Assembly: GCA_012295275.1 (NCBI GenBank)
Contig: CM022679.1
Location: forward strand, 10,168,001 to 10,232,000
Length of the DNA stretch: 64,000 nucleotides
Direction: 5' to 3'
DNA from: Chrysomallon squamiferum
Taxonomy: Eukaryota; Animalia; Mollusca
Shown here: piece after piece, positions 27,901-42,904 of the stretch
How positions within the stretch are numbered: the first letter of the stretch is position 1
Layout: each line of letters starts with the position of its first letter
The notes under the pieces: generated by a model
Told to the model about the DNA's origin: nothing
Seen by the model: the letters and a program-made list of their open reading frames with translations, nothing else
Databases searched by the model: none
Made by a program: the position numbers and the translations under genes

Positions 27901-30900
27901 TAATAGTGATGGTTATGATCACTGTTTATATAATAACTTGTCACTACATAATCTGTTACAGAGTGACACATAATGTAATAAAATAACATATAGGTAAATT
28001 AGTTTTTACTAAATTAATCTACCTAAGCAGCAAGATGACCATTTACATAATCAAATGATTGTATTTGTTTGTTGATGGGTTTTTTTGTTTGTTTTAAAAA
28101 AAAAAAAAAATTAAAAATTTTAAAAAAATTGTCCACTATTTACATTATCATCAGTTACATAAAGAGGTAGGTCACAGTGACATTAGCATGAACCCAGATC
28201 TCGTTTATGAAAGAATCATACATCAAGTAGATAATGCCATGACACAATACATCCTTTATTTAAGAAAGAAAAAAAAAAAAAAAAAAAAAGAAAGGAAGAA
28301 AGAAGGGCATTAAAAAGGGATTTTTAAAAACCTGCAAAGAAATACCCGAATCATTATAGCTAAACTATTATCCATAGCTGTTAGTAAAACAAATTTTAAT
28401 TACGAAGTGCCGACTATTCAATTTTTAACAATGACTTTATTCAGACAGGATCAAACACGAACATTTTGCTATTGAGGAAATAACTGTAGGACTAATGCCA
28501 CTGGACATACTGCCAAAGCCACTGGACATCTTTTTAAAATCACTGGACCACCCCACAGCCTTGAAACTAATTGCAAAGCTTACCAGTGGTATGTCAGAAA
28601 TTGAGCTGTGGCAATTTCAAAATGTAATATTTCAGCTCAGTTGCCATCGAGCTATTCAGACCATTAAGCCACCATAAACTCCAGTGACAAATAAATCTTT
28701 TTCTTACAGAACAGATCCTTCTAAAGCTCAGACTTTAATAAAAAAAAAAAGAAAGAAAGATAAAAAAAAAGAAGACTAGCAACGTATTTCAACATTTGAC
28801 AAATTAATAGCATGTTCAGTGTCATATTGAAAACGCATTTGTATTGAGGGCTTAGTTTATCATATAATTACTTTTCAATAAGTATGTGGGTTTATGTCTA
28901 ACGTGAATTTTTTTTTTTTTTTTTTTTTTAAAACCTGATAGTTTGAGATTCATGGGAAGATAACCTAAAGAGATTTATTGTTATTAATGAGTAACAAAAA
29001 ATGTGCCATTTGTGTCTTTGTTTCTATTTGACGTTTACTTTTTTTAAATTCATTAATATTATTGATGAATCCAAAAAAGATTTTTTGTGCCTTTAGTTTT
29101 TATTTCTTTATTTCTATTTTTATTATTGCAGTTATTTTTACTTTGTTTAAAGGAACAATCCTATACATCTGAAGACTCAGGTATATACATTTTTTTATTA
29201 TCAGAATTATATTACAGTAATAAAAAATAAAAATTTGACATCCATGTGTCGTTTTTGGAAAATAAACCAACTAAATTCAAATTCAAATATATATATATAT
29301 ATATTTGGTTGAATGTCAAAGTACTGACAACTTTTTACTTTTCAATCATAATATGATTGAAGAGAATTCCCCTTTAGCAAATTAGGAAGAATGTGAAAGA
29401 ATAGAAAATATCTTTACCTGCAGCACCAGAAGTATGTTTAATTGTCTCTTTATCAATTAAATTTATTTTTTATTTTGTATTAATAATACACACACCTGTA
29501 TGTACACACACACACACACATATACACATAAATCCAGGCTTTGAACCAAACAGATGGTTAGAAGTAAGACATAAACAAACAAACAATCAATTAAATATAA
29601 ATTAGAAGCAACAACTGAAATGTAACATGTGTCTGTTTGTAAGTAATCTGTAACGTTCAGCTAAATCTAGTTGTTTTTGTTTGTTTTCATATGAACAGGT
29701 TAGACAGAGTTTGTGTGGATATGAATATTTATGAAATACCTACACAATAGCAGCTTGGTCATTCATCCTTATATATATTTGTTTTTCACTTGTTTTCACC
29801 TGTGTGAATGAGCTTTTAGATAGTTTGCTTACGTATGAAATTTATAGCCAAATGATTTTATTTACTCTGTCACACTGTTTGTGATAACTGCTGTGTCATT
29901 TCTGTGTTTTTTTTTCTTTTTTTTGTCTGTTAATATTAATTGTATGCTTCACTGTATAAAGATCAAAGAAAATAATAATACATTTTGTACATTTAATCTT
30001 AATTAGGTCTGTTTCAGAAATTCTATACCCTAAATACACTTGTGTGTTCACAGGAGTTAGACAGAAAGACAGACAGATAGACAAACATACAGATGAATAA
30101 AGAGAAAGAGCAAGAGTGAGAATGAGAATGTGTGTGTGTGTGTGTGTAAGAGTCTGTTATTTCATACGTCGATAAATGGATAGATAAGTATGTACTAATA
30201 TGCAGGACTATTTTTCTTAAAAAATGTACATGCACACACATGCACACAGACACAGATATAAATCAGATATAAGAAAAATCGTATATTATCAGAATATTTT
30301 AATATCAGTGTTGCCAAAACACTGTACTTGGTCACACAACAGCAATCTGATTTTTCTTGCTTCATTGGTGTTTTATAAAATAGCTTTGTCACTCCCCTCA
30401 TTTACAGGTGACTGCAGATTATCCTGTCTACAGGTGAAAAATTCCTAATGCAATAGTCATGGATTAGTTTTAATTGTTTAACCCCGGGCAAGAAAGAACC
30501 CTTACACTCCATCTTAAGATTTTCAGATTCAAAACAAAAATAAAAAATAAATAAATAAATATTTTTTGGTGTTTTTTTTTTTTTAAAACATTTGAAAATA
30601 TTCTCTGTATTGTAAAGGTTAAATTTTGTGATTTTGCTAAGCAAGTATTATAATTTTTAAAGTAATATGCATTGTGGGGAAAAACAAAAACAAAATAAAA
30701 TTAATTCGGGTGATAAAGTTCGATTACTGTTTATCATTTATATTCAAATCAAATAAAATAAACTGGTCAAAATTGACCAAAGGCTTATATACAGATGTGT
30801 CACTCCCTTGTGTTTACAAGTGACTGATATTTTTAATACCCACAAACATTCCTGAGGCTTTTTTAACTTGCTGTGTAATCCGTCTTAAAATGTTTTTTTT

Positions 30901-32045
30901 TTTTCTTGTTTGTTTTAAACTTATTTTGTATTTGAAATATAACCTATATATTAGTAATTGCAAGAAATATTTTCTCCAATTTGTTTTTAATTATTATTTT
31001 TAAAATAGAATGCACCCATGAAACTTTTTAAATTAATGTACAAGTATAACTTTAAAAAATAAAAAGTAAAAAATAAAAAAATAAATGAAAAAATAAAAAG
31101 TAATTATTGTTAATATGCTGGTCTTTCCCTTTCTCAGTGTCTTTTTTCTTTTTTTCTTTCTTTTTAAGAATAACTTAGAAAATAATTAAGAACATCAATA
31201 AATACTATTATTAGAATCACTAAATGCATAACAAAATAAAAATTCAGAAAAACAGTAAAAAAAAAATAATAACAAAAAATTAAGGAACAGGTAAAATGAA
31301 TTAAAGCAAAAAAAAGAAAAGAAAAAGAAACAAAAAGCAACAAAGAAATTTAAAAAAAAAAAAAAAAAAAAAAGAAGTAAAAATTGAAAAAATTAGCACA
31401 ATAAAAGATAATTATTTATTATGACATGCAAATAAAGACCCATTGTACAAACAAACACTTTCGACCGATAATATCAATCCAAAGTCACATTTATGACGAC
31501 GGCGAGGTACAACAAAATGACTGGTGATTTATCGATCTGAACTTTTATCAGCACAATTCTAAAATGCAAACAAATGTGCTGATTACTTAATAAAACTGCA
31601 GGCTGCTGGCTACATGCAACGCCAGCTAAAGAGACTCCAGCGTAACTGTCAGTTCCCACGAGAGAATGAATCTGATATTTGCATTTCACTTAGCCACATA
31701 ATAATGCACGGCTTAAAGATCAGTGGTTTGTGCTGTGAGACGGCATATGGAACATGTAGAAGAGATAAGAAAATTTCAGTGCAAACAATAGAAAATGATA
31801 AAAAATTCTATAAATGGAGTTATTAGCAAATTCCAGAGCAATTAGTTTTATTGTGTTTTATCTTTTGAGACGGGAATAGAACGTTGTTTGTTCTCCAAAT
31901 GACTTTTTTTGCAAAGTGTAAAAAGAATGTTAATAAGTTGCAGTGATTAGAAAATAATAAACCGTATCCAGTAATGAGGGAGAAAACAATTATGTGAAAT
32001 ATATAACTGATAAGGAATTTTACATCCACACCCACACCTATATAC

Positions 32046-32113
<68 letters not shown>
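32046..32113. repeat. (AG)n microsatellite
   Basis: Seen directly. Confidence 0.95.
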
Positions 32114-32120
<7 letters not shown>

Positions 32121-32829
32121 TATTTTTCAGTTATGATCTCATGTTTATAATTTTATTCATCTTATTTCTCTTTCCTTTCTTTCTTTTCAATGAATGTTAA
32201 ATATATTACACATAATAAAAAATAAAAAAAGTATAATGTGTTTAAAAGGCTATTATAACTAATTCTTCTGTTTTCTGATCAAGTATCCTAAAATTTAAAA
32301 AAATATAATCTGTAAAATAACAAACAACATTCTAAAGTTTATCTGAAATTGAAAATTTGTATCACAATATTCCATACGAAACAAAAATGACAGTCTATCT
32401 GTAACATATCTTCTTTTTGTGACATATACTGTGTAAACATACAGTTGCCATATATTAAATGTATGCTACCTGTATTGGTTATTAACCCAGCAAGGTCACC
32501 AGTGACACCTGAGTGACACTCAATCCACCGTAAAATCTAAACTATTAACCCAAACAGCAGTTTAAAAAAAGATAATGAACAAGACCATCAGCTGGTATAT
32601 GCACTAAATCAACATGAAGACCAATCTCCAGGCCTATGCATTCCAGCATGACCTGACCAGAACACTTCCTTTTATAACCAAGGAAAAGAAAAATAAATAT
32701 TTTTTTATTTAAGAAAGAACTTTTTTTTTTTTTTAAAATAATAATCTGTTGTTAGATGGTTTCATGTATTTATTGTGGTTGAGGCATGCTGAAATAATGA
32801 TACATGAAATCTCCTGTGAAATGAAACAG

Positions 32830-33195
32830 TAGCCTATTCTTCTTTTCTCATTAGCAGAAAGGGATTATTTATATGCACCTTCCCATAGACAGGTTTTCTC
32901 CAGGCTTGATAAATTAAGTGTGGCACAAATTTTGGAATAGAACAGAAAATGCAGAGATGGTAGAAACACCCAGATTTGAAATCTGATGTGGTCACTCAAA
33001 TAGATAGCATTAGCAGTAACTGGTATTTGATATCACCTTCTCATAGGTTGAAAAACGTATAAATCATTTAATAATGTATCAGTGCCAGTTATAAACAAGC
33101 AGTGGTGCACTTTCTGGAATGAGAAATGATCTGATGGCAGCACTGATCTTGTGACTAACCCTATGAAAGGCCAATGCTTCAGAACTGAACTACAA
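32830..33195 (+). mobile_element. Degenerate interspersed repeat (SINE-like), partly duplicated
   Basis: The 23-mer TTTATATGCACCTTCCCATAGAC at 32868-32890 is identical to 21437-21459, with a diverged third copy near 33026-33047. SINE status is inference. Confidence 0.5.
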
Positions 33196-34335
33196 GCATG
33201 CTCTCTCTGTTAACTGAACTTCACCTCCAAAAAAAACACCTCCAGATAACAGAAGCATCCAGATTACAAATATTAATGTACCATCAAAATGTAAGTTTCC
33301 TCTAATCCTGCCAGGCGTCAGTGTTTATAGCATGACTAAGAGGCAATCATTATGGTAATGTTTCAAAATGTTTATCAGTTCAAGATTTCAGCTTGCATCT
33401 GCCAGTTTTCTTTCGCCAAGTTTATCTATGATCCAAGGAAATGAGCTGATAGCAAGGTCCTGTGGAATATTAGTTGTGTTATATAATCTTGTCTTGTTTT
33501 TCATCACTTTGAGTTCTGATTTCTTTTTGCTTTTTGTTTTTGTTTTCTCTCACCTGGAGGTATCAGGTACAGAAACTAATTGGTGAAATTAAGGTGTTCT
33601 TTTAAGTGAAAACTGATTTTTTTTTTTACCTGAAGTGACTGGTGTAGAGGTATATATGCTGGATTTTGTTAGGTGAAAATTGATTTCTACTTCAAGTAAT
33701 GGGTGATGTTGTTAGATATTTTCTAAATACATATTATTTTTTTTTTTTTTTCATTATTGTCAGAAACCAGACTATTTCAGTAATTTGTAAGAAAATAACA
33801 AGTATAAAGTATGCACATACACACAGATAAGCATTTTAGGACATACACAAACATGTGAATATGTACCTACTTTAAGTCTTTCTTTTTTTGTTTTAAAGAA
33901 AAGAAAGAAGAAGAAAAAAAAGGTAAATATTTTGGTCAAAAAAAACATTAAAAACATTAAACATTTTGGAAAACAATAAACAAAATAATGCTCTTTTTTT
34001 TTTTCTTTCCCCATCCTAACCTTTACCTCCCATCAAAGAATTCACTTTCAGCAATAAACAGAAATACTCAGATCTATGGACCGAGATATAAGAAATCCTG
34101 AGACTGATAGAAAAGATGCCTGATTATTTGGAGTTAGGGTGTACATGTGAAGCAGATGCTTTGAGAAAACGAGAAACACCTGCACAAAATAAACGAAGGA
34201 GAAAAAAAAAAAAACGGAGATGGCCACCAACACACACACACACAAAACCGTTAAAACTGTCAGTGAAGACACATCTCTTTAACATAACCAGCTGCCTATA
34301 CCATCAGCACATTTCTTTAACATAGGCAGCTGCCC

Positions 34336-34369
<34 letters not shown>

Positions 34370-36384
34370 CGACAGCAAATGTTTGCTTAGACATGGAGTT
34401 CAGGATTCCTTTTTCTTCTTTTTTGAATGGAAAGAAAACTCAAAGAGGCAGTTTTATTTTGCAATTAAGATTTTTTTACTGTTGCCATCAGTTATAAGCC
34501 AATGCTGGCTATAGAGTTTATAATGTTTGTAAAATAATATTATATTTAATTGAAAGTGGGTAAATAATAAGGATTATGTTTACACATAAAACTAAATATT
34601 AATTATTAGCCAATTAAAATGCTTATGTTAATACATGACTCATAATTAAATCAACAGTATATAGATAGTGGCGTTAGATACTTAATATAAATTATTACTG
34701 ACGGTTGTTACAAAGACACAATAATAAATCATTAAATACAATTAAAAAAAATAAATAATTAATTAACAATATAATAAAGTACTCTAGACATCAATATGTG
34801 ATATGTAAAAATGAAAGACCAGTTAAAAATTAACCATCTAGTTCAGTTAAAAGACGGATCTGTCTAGTCCGGTATTAAAAGAAGGTTTATGAAATGCCTG
34901 CTGTGTGTGTAATACATGACAGATATTCACTATCTTGTCCAGCACTGATGGATTAACTTGTAAACTGAAAGGTCAGATAGTGTTTATCTTCATAATTCTC
35001 ATCTTTATCTAAGGTTTGTCACATGTGTCTGTGTTGAATCAGAGGTAAATATGAAGTAATGTGTGTAAATGCATCAGTTTCTCTGAATGTCAGTATAGTG
35101 TATTATTGTACATGTAGGCTTATATACTGTGATGTAAAACAAGTATGACATAATCAGCATATATTGCTATGATATAAAAGTCATTTCTTTTATTTGTTTT
35201 TATTACTTATTATTATTATTATTATTATTTAAATTAATTATTTTATTTTATTTTATTTAAAGTTTTTTTTTTTTTGGAAATGCATCTGTATGATCTTTTT
35301 ATATTTTATTGTATTGCATGCTGTGTGTATGTATGTGCACACATTTGCAAGTACACATGTTTTTGTCTGTATATCAGAATTTATACCTTGAAGTACAATC
35401 CTGCATAAATAGCTATGTAACAGACACATTTTTCAGTTTAAATTGGATACGACATTTGTAATCTAAGCTTATTTTCATTACTCATCTAATTACAATTAAT
35501 CTGGCTTTAAGAATGTGACAAATCAATTAATAATTACGTTTATCTCAATTCAGTCTGGACTGGACATGGGCTGTGATACAACTGTGACATAATAATCAAG
35601 TGTGTAGGAAACTGCAGGTAATGGGTTAGTCACTGGGTCAATATTTGTAGTGAAGAAGGGGGATAGTTAATTACTCATTTCCTTGCTGACTCAGAGGTTT
35701 TGAGCAAATCAATGTCATCACACAGAAAAAAAAAAGTTTAGTTTTTCTTTCAAAGAAAATTGCATGTTAAAAACCAAGAATTGATTCCACACTTCCAAAG
35801 GAAATGGGTTCTAAATGATTGTGGTGAACATTACTCTGAAAAAAATGAGTTTCAGTATTTAAAATCTGATCAAAATTACATTCTGGGTGGATTTTGTACA
35901 AAGGATCAGCCATCAATCATCATCCAGTTGGTACATAACAAATTTAGAATTTAACAGTTTGCAGGTGTGAATAAAACCCCAAAATATAATGGGAAAAAAA
36001 AAAAAAAAAAAGCAAAACTTAAAATACACTAAAAACATAAAAACTAGAAATCTTTCTGTCGTGCAGTAGCATCTGGAAGAACTGAAAACATTCCAAGAAG
36101 TCTGTTATGCAAGACACCTCCAACACCCTTGACCAAGTCACTCATGCATAACAAAATAAAAAAACGTAACATGTTCTTACTGCAATGATAACCAAGTTAT
36201 ACATGTATGTCAGAGAACAGTACACAAAAGCCACACACACAGAAAATCAAACCCTCGTATCTCTGAAATCAGAACTCGGGGTTGAAAAGTTTAATCCTGG
36301 AAACCTTGCATCACCAAATGAGACAAATGATCTAATCACAGAAGTGACAAGACTGACATCACTCAAAGTGACAGGGATCAGCTT

Positions 36385-36530
36385 CACCCAGCAGAGCTGC
36401 ATCCACCAGTGCTCTCTGCCTACCAGAGCTGCATCCACAAGAGCTGGATCCACAAGAGCTGGATCCACCTGTGCTCTGCAAACCAGAGCTGCATCCACCA
36501 GTGATCTACCCAACCAGAGCTGAAATCACC
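36385..36530. repeat. Short GC-rich minisatellite (AGAGCTG(C/G)ATCCAC core, 15/33-bp periods)
   Basis: About 6 recurrences of the core. Confidence 0.85.
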
Positions 36531-39500
36531 TTTGAACATGTAACTGAGAGTCTGTCTACCTGTTTATTTTAGCTAAAATACACCTCTTGAAAAAAAAAAT
36601 ATATAATTAAGTAAATTTGAAAAGTATTGTGAAACCTTTAGAGTAGTGTAAATTTGACACAGTATTTCTATTCAAAGCAAACTGAGGTGAAAAAATCAAT
36701 CTGTAACATCTGTTATTGAATATAATTTTTTTTGTTTTCTTTGTTCTAGATTTTTAAAAATAAATTTATAAATTTGTATTTATTTTTTATTATTTTTTTA
36801 TTATTATAACACAGTTTTCTTATTTAAGAGTATATATATATATATATAAAAAATTACACTGTGAAATGGATACAGTCACATTATCATATACATCTGCCTG
36901 TACCTTGCCAACATACACCACCGACACACACTTCAATGCCTATATACAAAATCACTGTAGAGATAACAGGTGAACTGGAATCATTATACGACGCTAGATC
37001 AACCTGGTTCTTATTCTGCTGGGATTTATCTGATATTTTAAAACAACAATTTTGTACATATTCAAAATTCCTTCGGCAACATAGTAACAAACAGTTAATC
37101 ACACACACAGAGACACACTGCATTTTTACCTCCATAGTTCTAACATATCTTTGTGCCAGACAGTTACTGAATTATATTGGTAACAAGCTTGAGGCATTAG
37201 CAGGCACTTGCAAACCACTTAAGATCCATCCATATACCAGCAGTGGTCATTACTTAATAATACAAGGCAAGGCCAGCTCTAATTGTGTCTGAAAGTAATT
37301 GAATTTTATGAGAATGTAACACCAATGGAAAGACAGGTTTACTTTGAATGGAACACTTAAGGGGTTTGGGAGGAAGAAAAGACAAATTCATTAGAGGTCT
37401 AATGAGAAACTGCCATTAAACATGCATATATATATATAATTACATGAATACACACACACATAATAATTTCATGTACATACTTTTACACACACACACTCAA
37501 ACATTAATGCATACACAAAATCTAAATGTAGAGAAAGTAATGTGAAGATATTGTAACTGCTTCTCACACAAACACATATACACACTCAAACACACATATA
37601 AAACTCAGTATTTTCTAATTCACTCAATTCTTAATTAAAAAAAGAAAACACTTGTTAATCAGCAAGAACGGTAACTTATCACTATAAAAATAAAATAAAA
37701 CATTTAGTGAACCAACACAAACAACAAAACAAAACAAATCTCACCTGTCCTCAGGTAGCCTGTAATAACAAAGTATGGCATTCTTCATAATACAACAAGT
37801 GAAAAATAATTAAAATTCGTCCAGCTGTTACTGAACTCAGAACTTTCTAACATCCAGCAAAGCTGAACTTTCCAAGTATAAAAAGTCTCTTTTTTTTTTT
37901 TTTTTTTTCCAAAGTGTTTGTTTGTCCAGTATGGAATCAGTTGCAGGATTCGTGGAACCATGCAAGAATTTCTTTTGTTGATTCAAGACAGAGAAAATAT
38001 TCCTTTATTCTGTCTGAGGCAAACAGCATCAGTATGTATGAGCAGTATATACCAAACAGAAGAACAAAAACATAAACAAGCAGTCTGTTTGTTGTTGAAT
38101 GATCCACAGTCTGAAGAATTCTGAACAACAGAAAAAAAACGAAACAACACAACACAACACAACACACACAAAAAAATGTATATCGGTACTTATTACTACT
38201 AGTAATATCAGCTGTCAAATTTTTTTTGAAGTCTATGTTCGACTGCAACGCAGTGGCCAACAAGTCGCACAACACATGTGTGACTCTGGATTTGACACAA
38301 ACCTCCACTTGCCTCTTGGTGACCAGAAATTCCGAAAACAAGTTTGAAGAAATGTGATCTTGTACGATAATAAGTTTGTTATCTGGGCAGTGACTGCGAG
38401 TGGCATTGTGTGGCTATGGATGGATGGTCAACATCGGGTCATGAGGAAGGCGGCATACAGACCACGGTGTGCTCACACCATGGTAACATCGGCAGCACAA
38501 TACCTGCTCTTTACTCGCCATTCAACACGTCGTTATTATTATGGGGGAGGTGGGTGGGGGAAAACAACAGCCCTAAATTAAATAACTTGGAAAATAACAC
38601 ACCTTTCGAAAGCTGCAAAGGTTAAAACGCTTTGGTGATTTTTGTGTAATTGAAACACACCTGTGCTGGTGTGGGTGATACGTATTGTCACATTGCGTAA
38701 CCTTCCAGGTGATTTTCTGTTGTTGTTGTTTTTATATGTTGACCAAGCTTTGTTAATAATAAAGTAATAAAGTTATCATATTGACAGTGTTCCTTTTATT
38801 ACATGGTTTTATTTTATATAGGGTTATCAGGAGTTGGTGTTTATATATATTTTTAATTTTTTGAATATTGAAATGATGTAATGATTAAAAAAAAAAAACC
38901 CACCTCACATGGCTTGTGTTTTGTTCAATATTCATTCAAAGAAATTTTTATCATACCAAGATTTAAATATGATGGGAATTTTGCTGTATGGCACATTTTA
39001 AATGCAATGAATTATATAAAAGAAGGTACTCTTTAGCCCATATTTGAAAAAAAAAAATATATATATATATATATTCCTCCCTGAATGTATGTGTCCTTGA
39101 TCACAAATGTATGTATGTGAATTTATAATTATTAATTTGATAATCTCAACTTTTCCACACATTTTCAAACCCAACACAAAAAAAAAAATAAAAAATAAAG
39201 AAAGATTTTCATTTATATCCATGTAATTTCAAATATGCTGTGAAATAAATATATTCAAATCAGACCTGCAGGTGTCAAACATTAGTTAACAAATGAACAG
39301 TGACTGCGTTACGTGCATTCAGTGGCTATCAATACATTCAATATTTTCCCTATCAACAGCATCGAGTGAGTGCTCAAGTCAAATATTGGTTTTTGCTGCG
39401 ACTTAATGGACCATTGTCGTGTTGATCGGTCAGTGAAATACACTTTTTATTGGACATCAATCATGGAAGAAGAAAAGCAAATACGAGTTTGTATTCCACA

Positions 39501-41469
39501 CCTGGTTATAACTCAGATATTCAACGGGGGTTGAAAAAGCAGGTTTGAAACAGCAACAAAACATGGCTTTTGTAATTGTTTTCGATCATTGCTTGCTGGT
39601 ATTATCTGATGAAGAGGAGAAGGTTGTTATTATTGGCTTAAGTGAAAAGGATGAGTTGTACGATATAATGGAAGAAAGTGTTTTATTTAATTTGGTTTAT
39701 TGATTTTTGAATATCTGCTCTTATTGTACAAAAAGATGGGAGTAATATAAACAAATATCTGAATATTAATATTTACAAATACGTTTACAAAATACACACA
39801 TATGTTTAGCCAAGTAAAAAGTTAAAATTACATATCCATAATCAATTCTTGTGTACAGAGATCTAACCCAAAATAAATCCAGATTTTGAATTATTACTTA
39901 TTTGCAAATTTGTTTTTAAAGTTTAAACAATATTGTTATAGACCTTATTCTAAACATAAATTATATATATATATATATATCTTAAAATGAATATAAATAA
40001 ACATACAGCCATAATTAGATAGTCAACATCAGTCTCAGACTTTGGTATTTAAGTCATCCTTTTTTCATCTTCTTCATAACAGAAAAAGTAATTAAGTTAC
40101 AACAACAGTCTAACAAAAACTATCCTTACAAAGAAAAGTAGATTAATAATACATAAATGGTACTGGTCTAAATGACTTACCAACATTTGAGATGTCTATA
40201 ATTAAATTAGCTTCACACACTTTAACCGAGTCAGAGAGAAATATTCAATAACTGTGGTTCAAATTTCATTTAATCCTGGACTGAATATTTAAATATAAAC
40301 ACACAACTCCTGACTTCGCTTATATCAACTGATTCAACATTTGTATAACATTTAGGAACTGTGTACAACAATGTAGTAATGTAGAATACTAATTTGTAAA
40401 ACAAAGTAACACAGACTTTACTCTGTTTGAAGACTGAATTTTATGTTGTTTTTTTCCCACTATATTATTGGTTGTAAACAAGTTTTATATTTCAAGAATG
40501 ATTAAATTAACATTTAATTTATTTCCTACCAACTGCTGTTCTTTAAGCGAAGTGACTTTACCACTACGTTGCAAGTCCAATAATTTATCAGGTAATATTT
40601 AAATTGGACGACTGAAAACCATTAATCATTAAAACCTGCTGACTAAGCTGTTAGTCATAAGTCTCTGTACTGGGTGACTTAACTGCTAGTCTTTTAAGTG
40701 CCTAAACTACTAATATTTAAATTCAGCATCTTAACCATCATTCTTTTAAATCTACTGACTAAACCAACGTTTCGCTGTTACTGGCCTACACAACTGAAGA
40801 TCTGTCCTATCGAGTATCACAACTCTGATTTGCTTACAGAGCCTGGAATTGCTAGATTTACTTATCTGCAGACGCTGGTATTCCTCTAATGACTGTTATG
40901 TAAATGGGCTGTTAACAATCACGCAAATGAACTTAATTATGTGCGAGTAATTGATAAGAAGAAACGGAAGAGAGAAAAAGATGAAGGGTTAAGTGAAAGC
41001 TATGAATAGGTCTTCATCAGTTCCCCACATGTTATTTTCGGTATGAGTAACTTCTTGTCAAGCTTTGTATGGCTTTGATTAGCAGTCGCTTTGGAAGATT
41101 TAGTGCTAATGTGACTGTACTGATATCACTGTAATGATTTATAGTACTAACCAGAATTTGAATGTGTGTATGTGTGTTTGTATGTATGAATGGATGTTTA
41201 TATGTTTGTGTTTGTGTTTGAATGTATGTATGAATGCATGTTTGTATGTGTTTGTATCCATGTATGTTTGTATTTAGGACTGAATATTCTGTTTTATGCA
41301 TGTCAGATTAGATTATGTATGGAGACAATATTCAGGAAGGACTGGCACAAGAGGACAAAGTCCAGTCTCAACCTCACAATGTCACATGCTGCTGACAAGA
41401 CTCAAATATTTAGCACTCATTTCTTCCCAGTCCAAAGGTAAACAACAATAACACTTAGTCATCAAGACA

Positions 41470-41495
41470 ACCTCATATATGTATGTTGTATGATT

Positions 41496-41542
<47 letters not shown>

Positions 41543-41740
41543 TATGTATATATGTTGTATGATTATGTATGTATGTGTGTGTGTGTGTGAGTGTATGTGT
41601 GAAAGTATGTATGTATGTTGTATGATTATGTATGTATGTATGTATATATGTGTGTGTGAGTGTATGTATGTGTGAAATTATGTATGTATGTTGTATGATT
41701 ATGTATGTGTGTGTGTGTGAAATTATGTATGTATGTATAC

Positions 41741-41780
<40 letters not shown>

Positions 41781-41820
41781 GTATCTATGCATGTATGTGT
41801 GTGCATGCATGTACACATGT
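41470..41820. repeat. Compound (TG)n/(TATG)n/(TA)n microsatellite
   Basis: Seen directly. Confidence 0.9.
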
Positions 41821-42600
41821 GTTACGTCATCTTCTATGACTAATACTTATTGTCTTGTATTATCTGTGACATATCTAATTTATGTCATTCCCACTTGTGT
41901 CATTTTGTATGGATGGGCCTTTGGTCGTATGTTATCTGTAACTGCATATCAGATATTAAATTATATGCTTGAACCACTTAAAGGTCATTTAACTGTCTAA
42001 ACCTGTATGCAGTTCTTCATGAGTAATAATAATAATAATACCCACACAGTTTTGTGTATGTGTATTGATAAATTATTTTAATACAAAAACTAAAATATTA
42101 TTTGTTTATTGTTGTTGTTATTATTTATTTATTTATTTTTATTTTTATTTTTAGTTGTGATTGTTGCTTTTAAAATAAAAATATCATTGTTACCATATTT
42201 AGTTATATCAATATATGTAATTCAAACTTGTTTGCACTAAATTAACTAAAATCAAAAACTGGGATATAACTGATGCATGTGCACAGATAACACTCATAAC
42301 TTCTTTTATATTGTCATCTAGTATTTGTGCATATTTATATTATTACTACTATTATTACCATTTAAATGCAGATGATTATGAACATAAAATAGAAACTTCT
42401 TAAATTAAAAATAAACTCAAACTAGGTAAATTTTTATAAACCTGAAAGGTTAATCTCAAGAAATAAATAAATAAATAAATAAACATATCTTTAATAACAA
42501 TTTAAAAAATAATTACAATAATTAATCTTTAAAATATTATTATTCTGGTTATAAATGGTCATGACATTAAATCAATTTTACTTACTCTCTCGCTCTCATT

Positions 42601-42635
<35 letters not shown>

Positions 42636-42804
42636 TTTGCACATTATTTTTCATTGATGCAAAACTGAAGCAATAAAAACAATGTTACAATATTCAATGT
42701 CGGGGAGTGATGACGTAACCAGCTGATTGCTGACACGATGTGTTCTGGGATTGTTGATAAACATGCACCATATTTGGAATAAAATGTTACTACTTTCAAC
42801 TTAC

Positions 42805-42904
42805 TGTTTTTGTTGTGAACTTTCCCAACTTTCTGCAGCAACTTCTGGAGGGATGCAGTATCCTGCTCCTTGACAGTCTGTATCAGATCGTGATCCTTAC
42901 CCAT
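42805..42904 (-). CDS. CASKIN: Caskin coding exon 1 (start codon)
   Basis: aaatATGG start, 100 nt, A|gtaagt donor. MGKDHDLIQTVKEQDTASLQKLLQKVGKVHNKN resembles Caskin [25 protein letters not shown] rather than ANKS1 (MGKEQELLEAARTG). Confidence 0.92.

Noticed and set aside
36185-36523. ORFs open on both strands (112 aa + and 88 aa -)
   Set aside because: Partly explained by a minisatellite with periods divisible by 3; no homology and no convincing splice sites.
36861-37292. 143-aa + strand ORF
   Set aside because: GTG start, no recognisable domain, non-coding composition.
42805-42904. Assignment to ANKS1/Odin instead of Caskin
   Set aside because: The Q-x-VK-x-x-D and NFQDxDG-xSALH motifs are Caskin-type.
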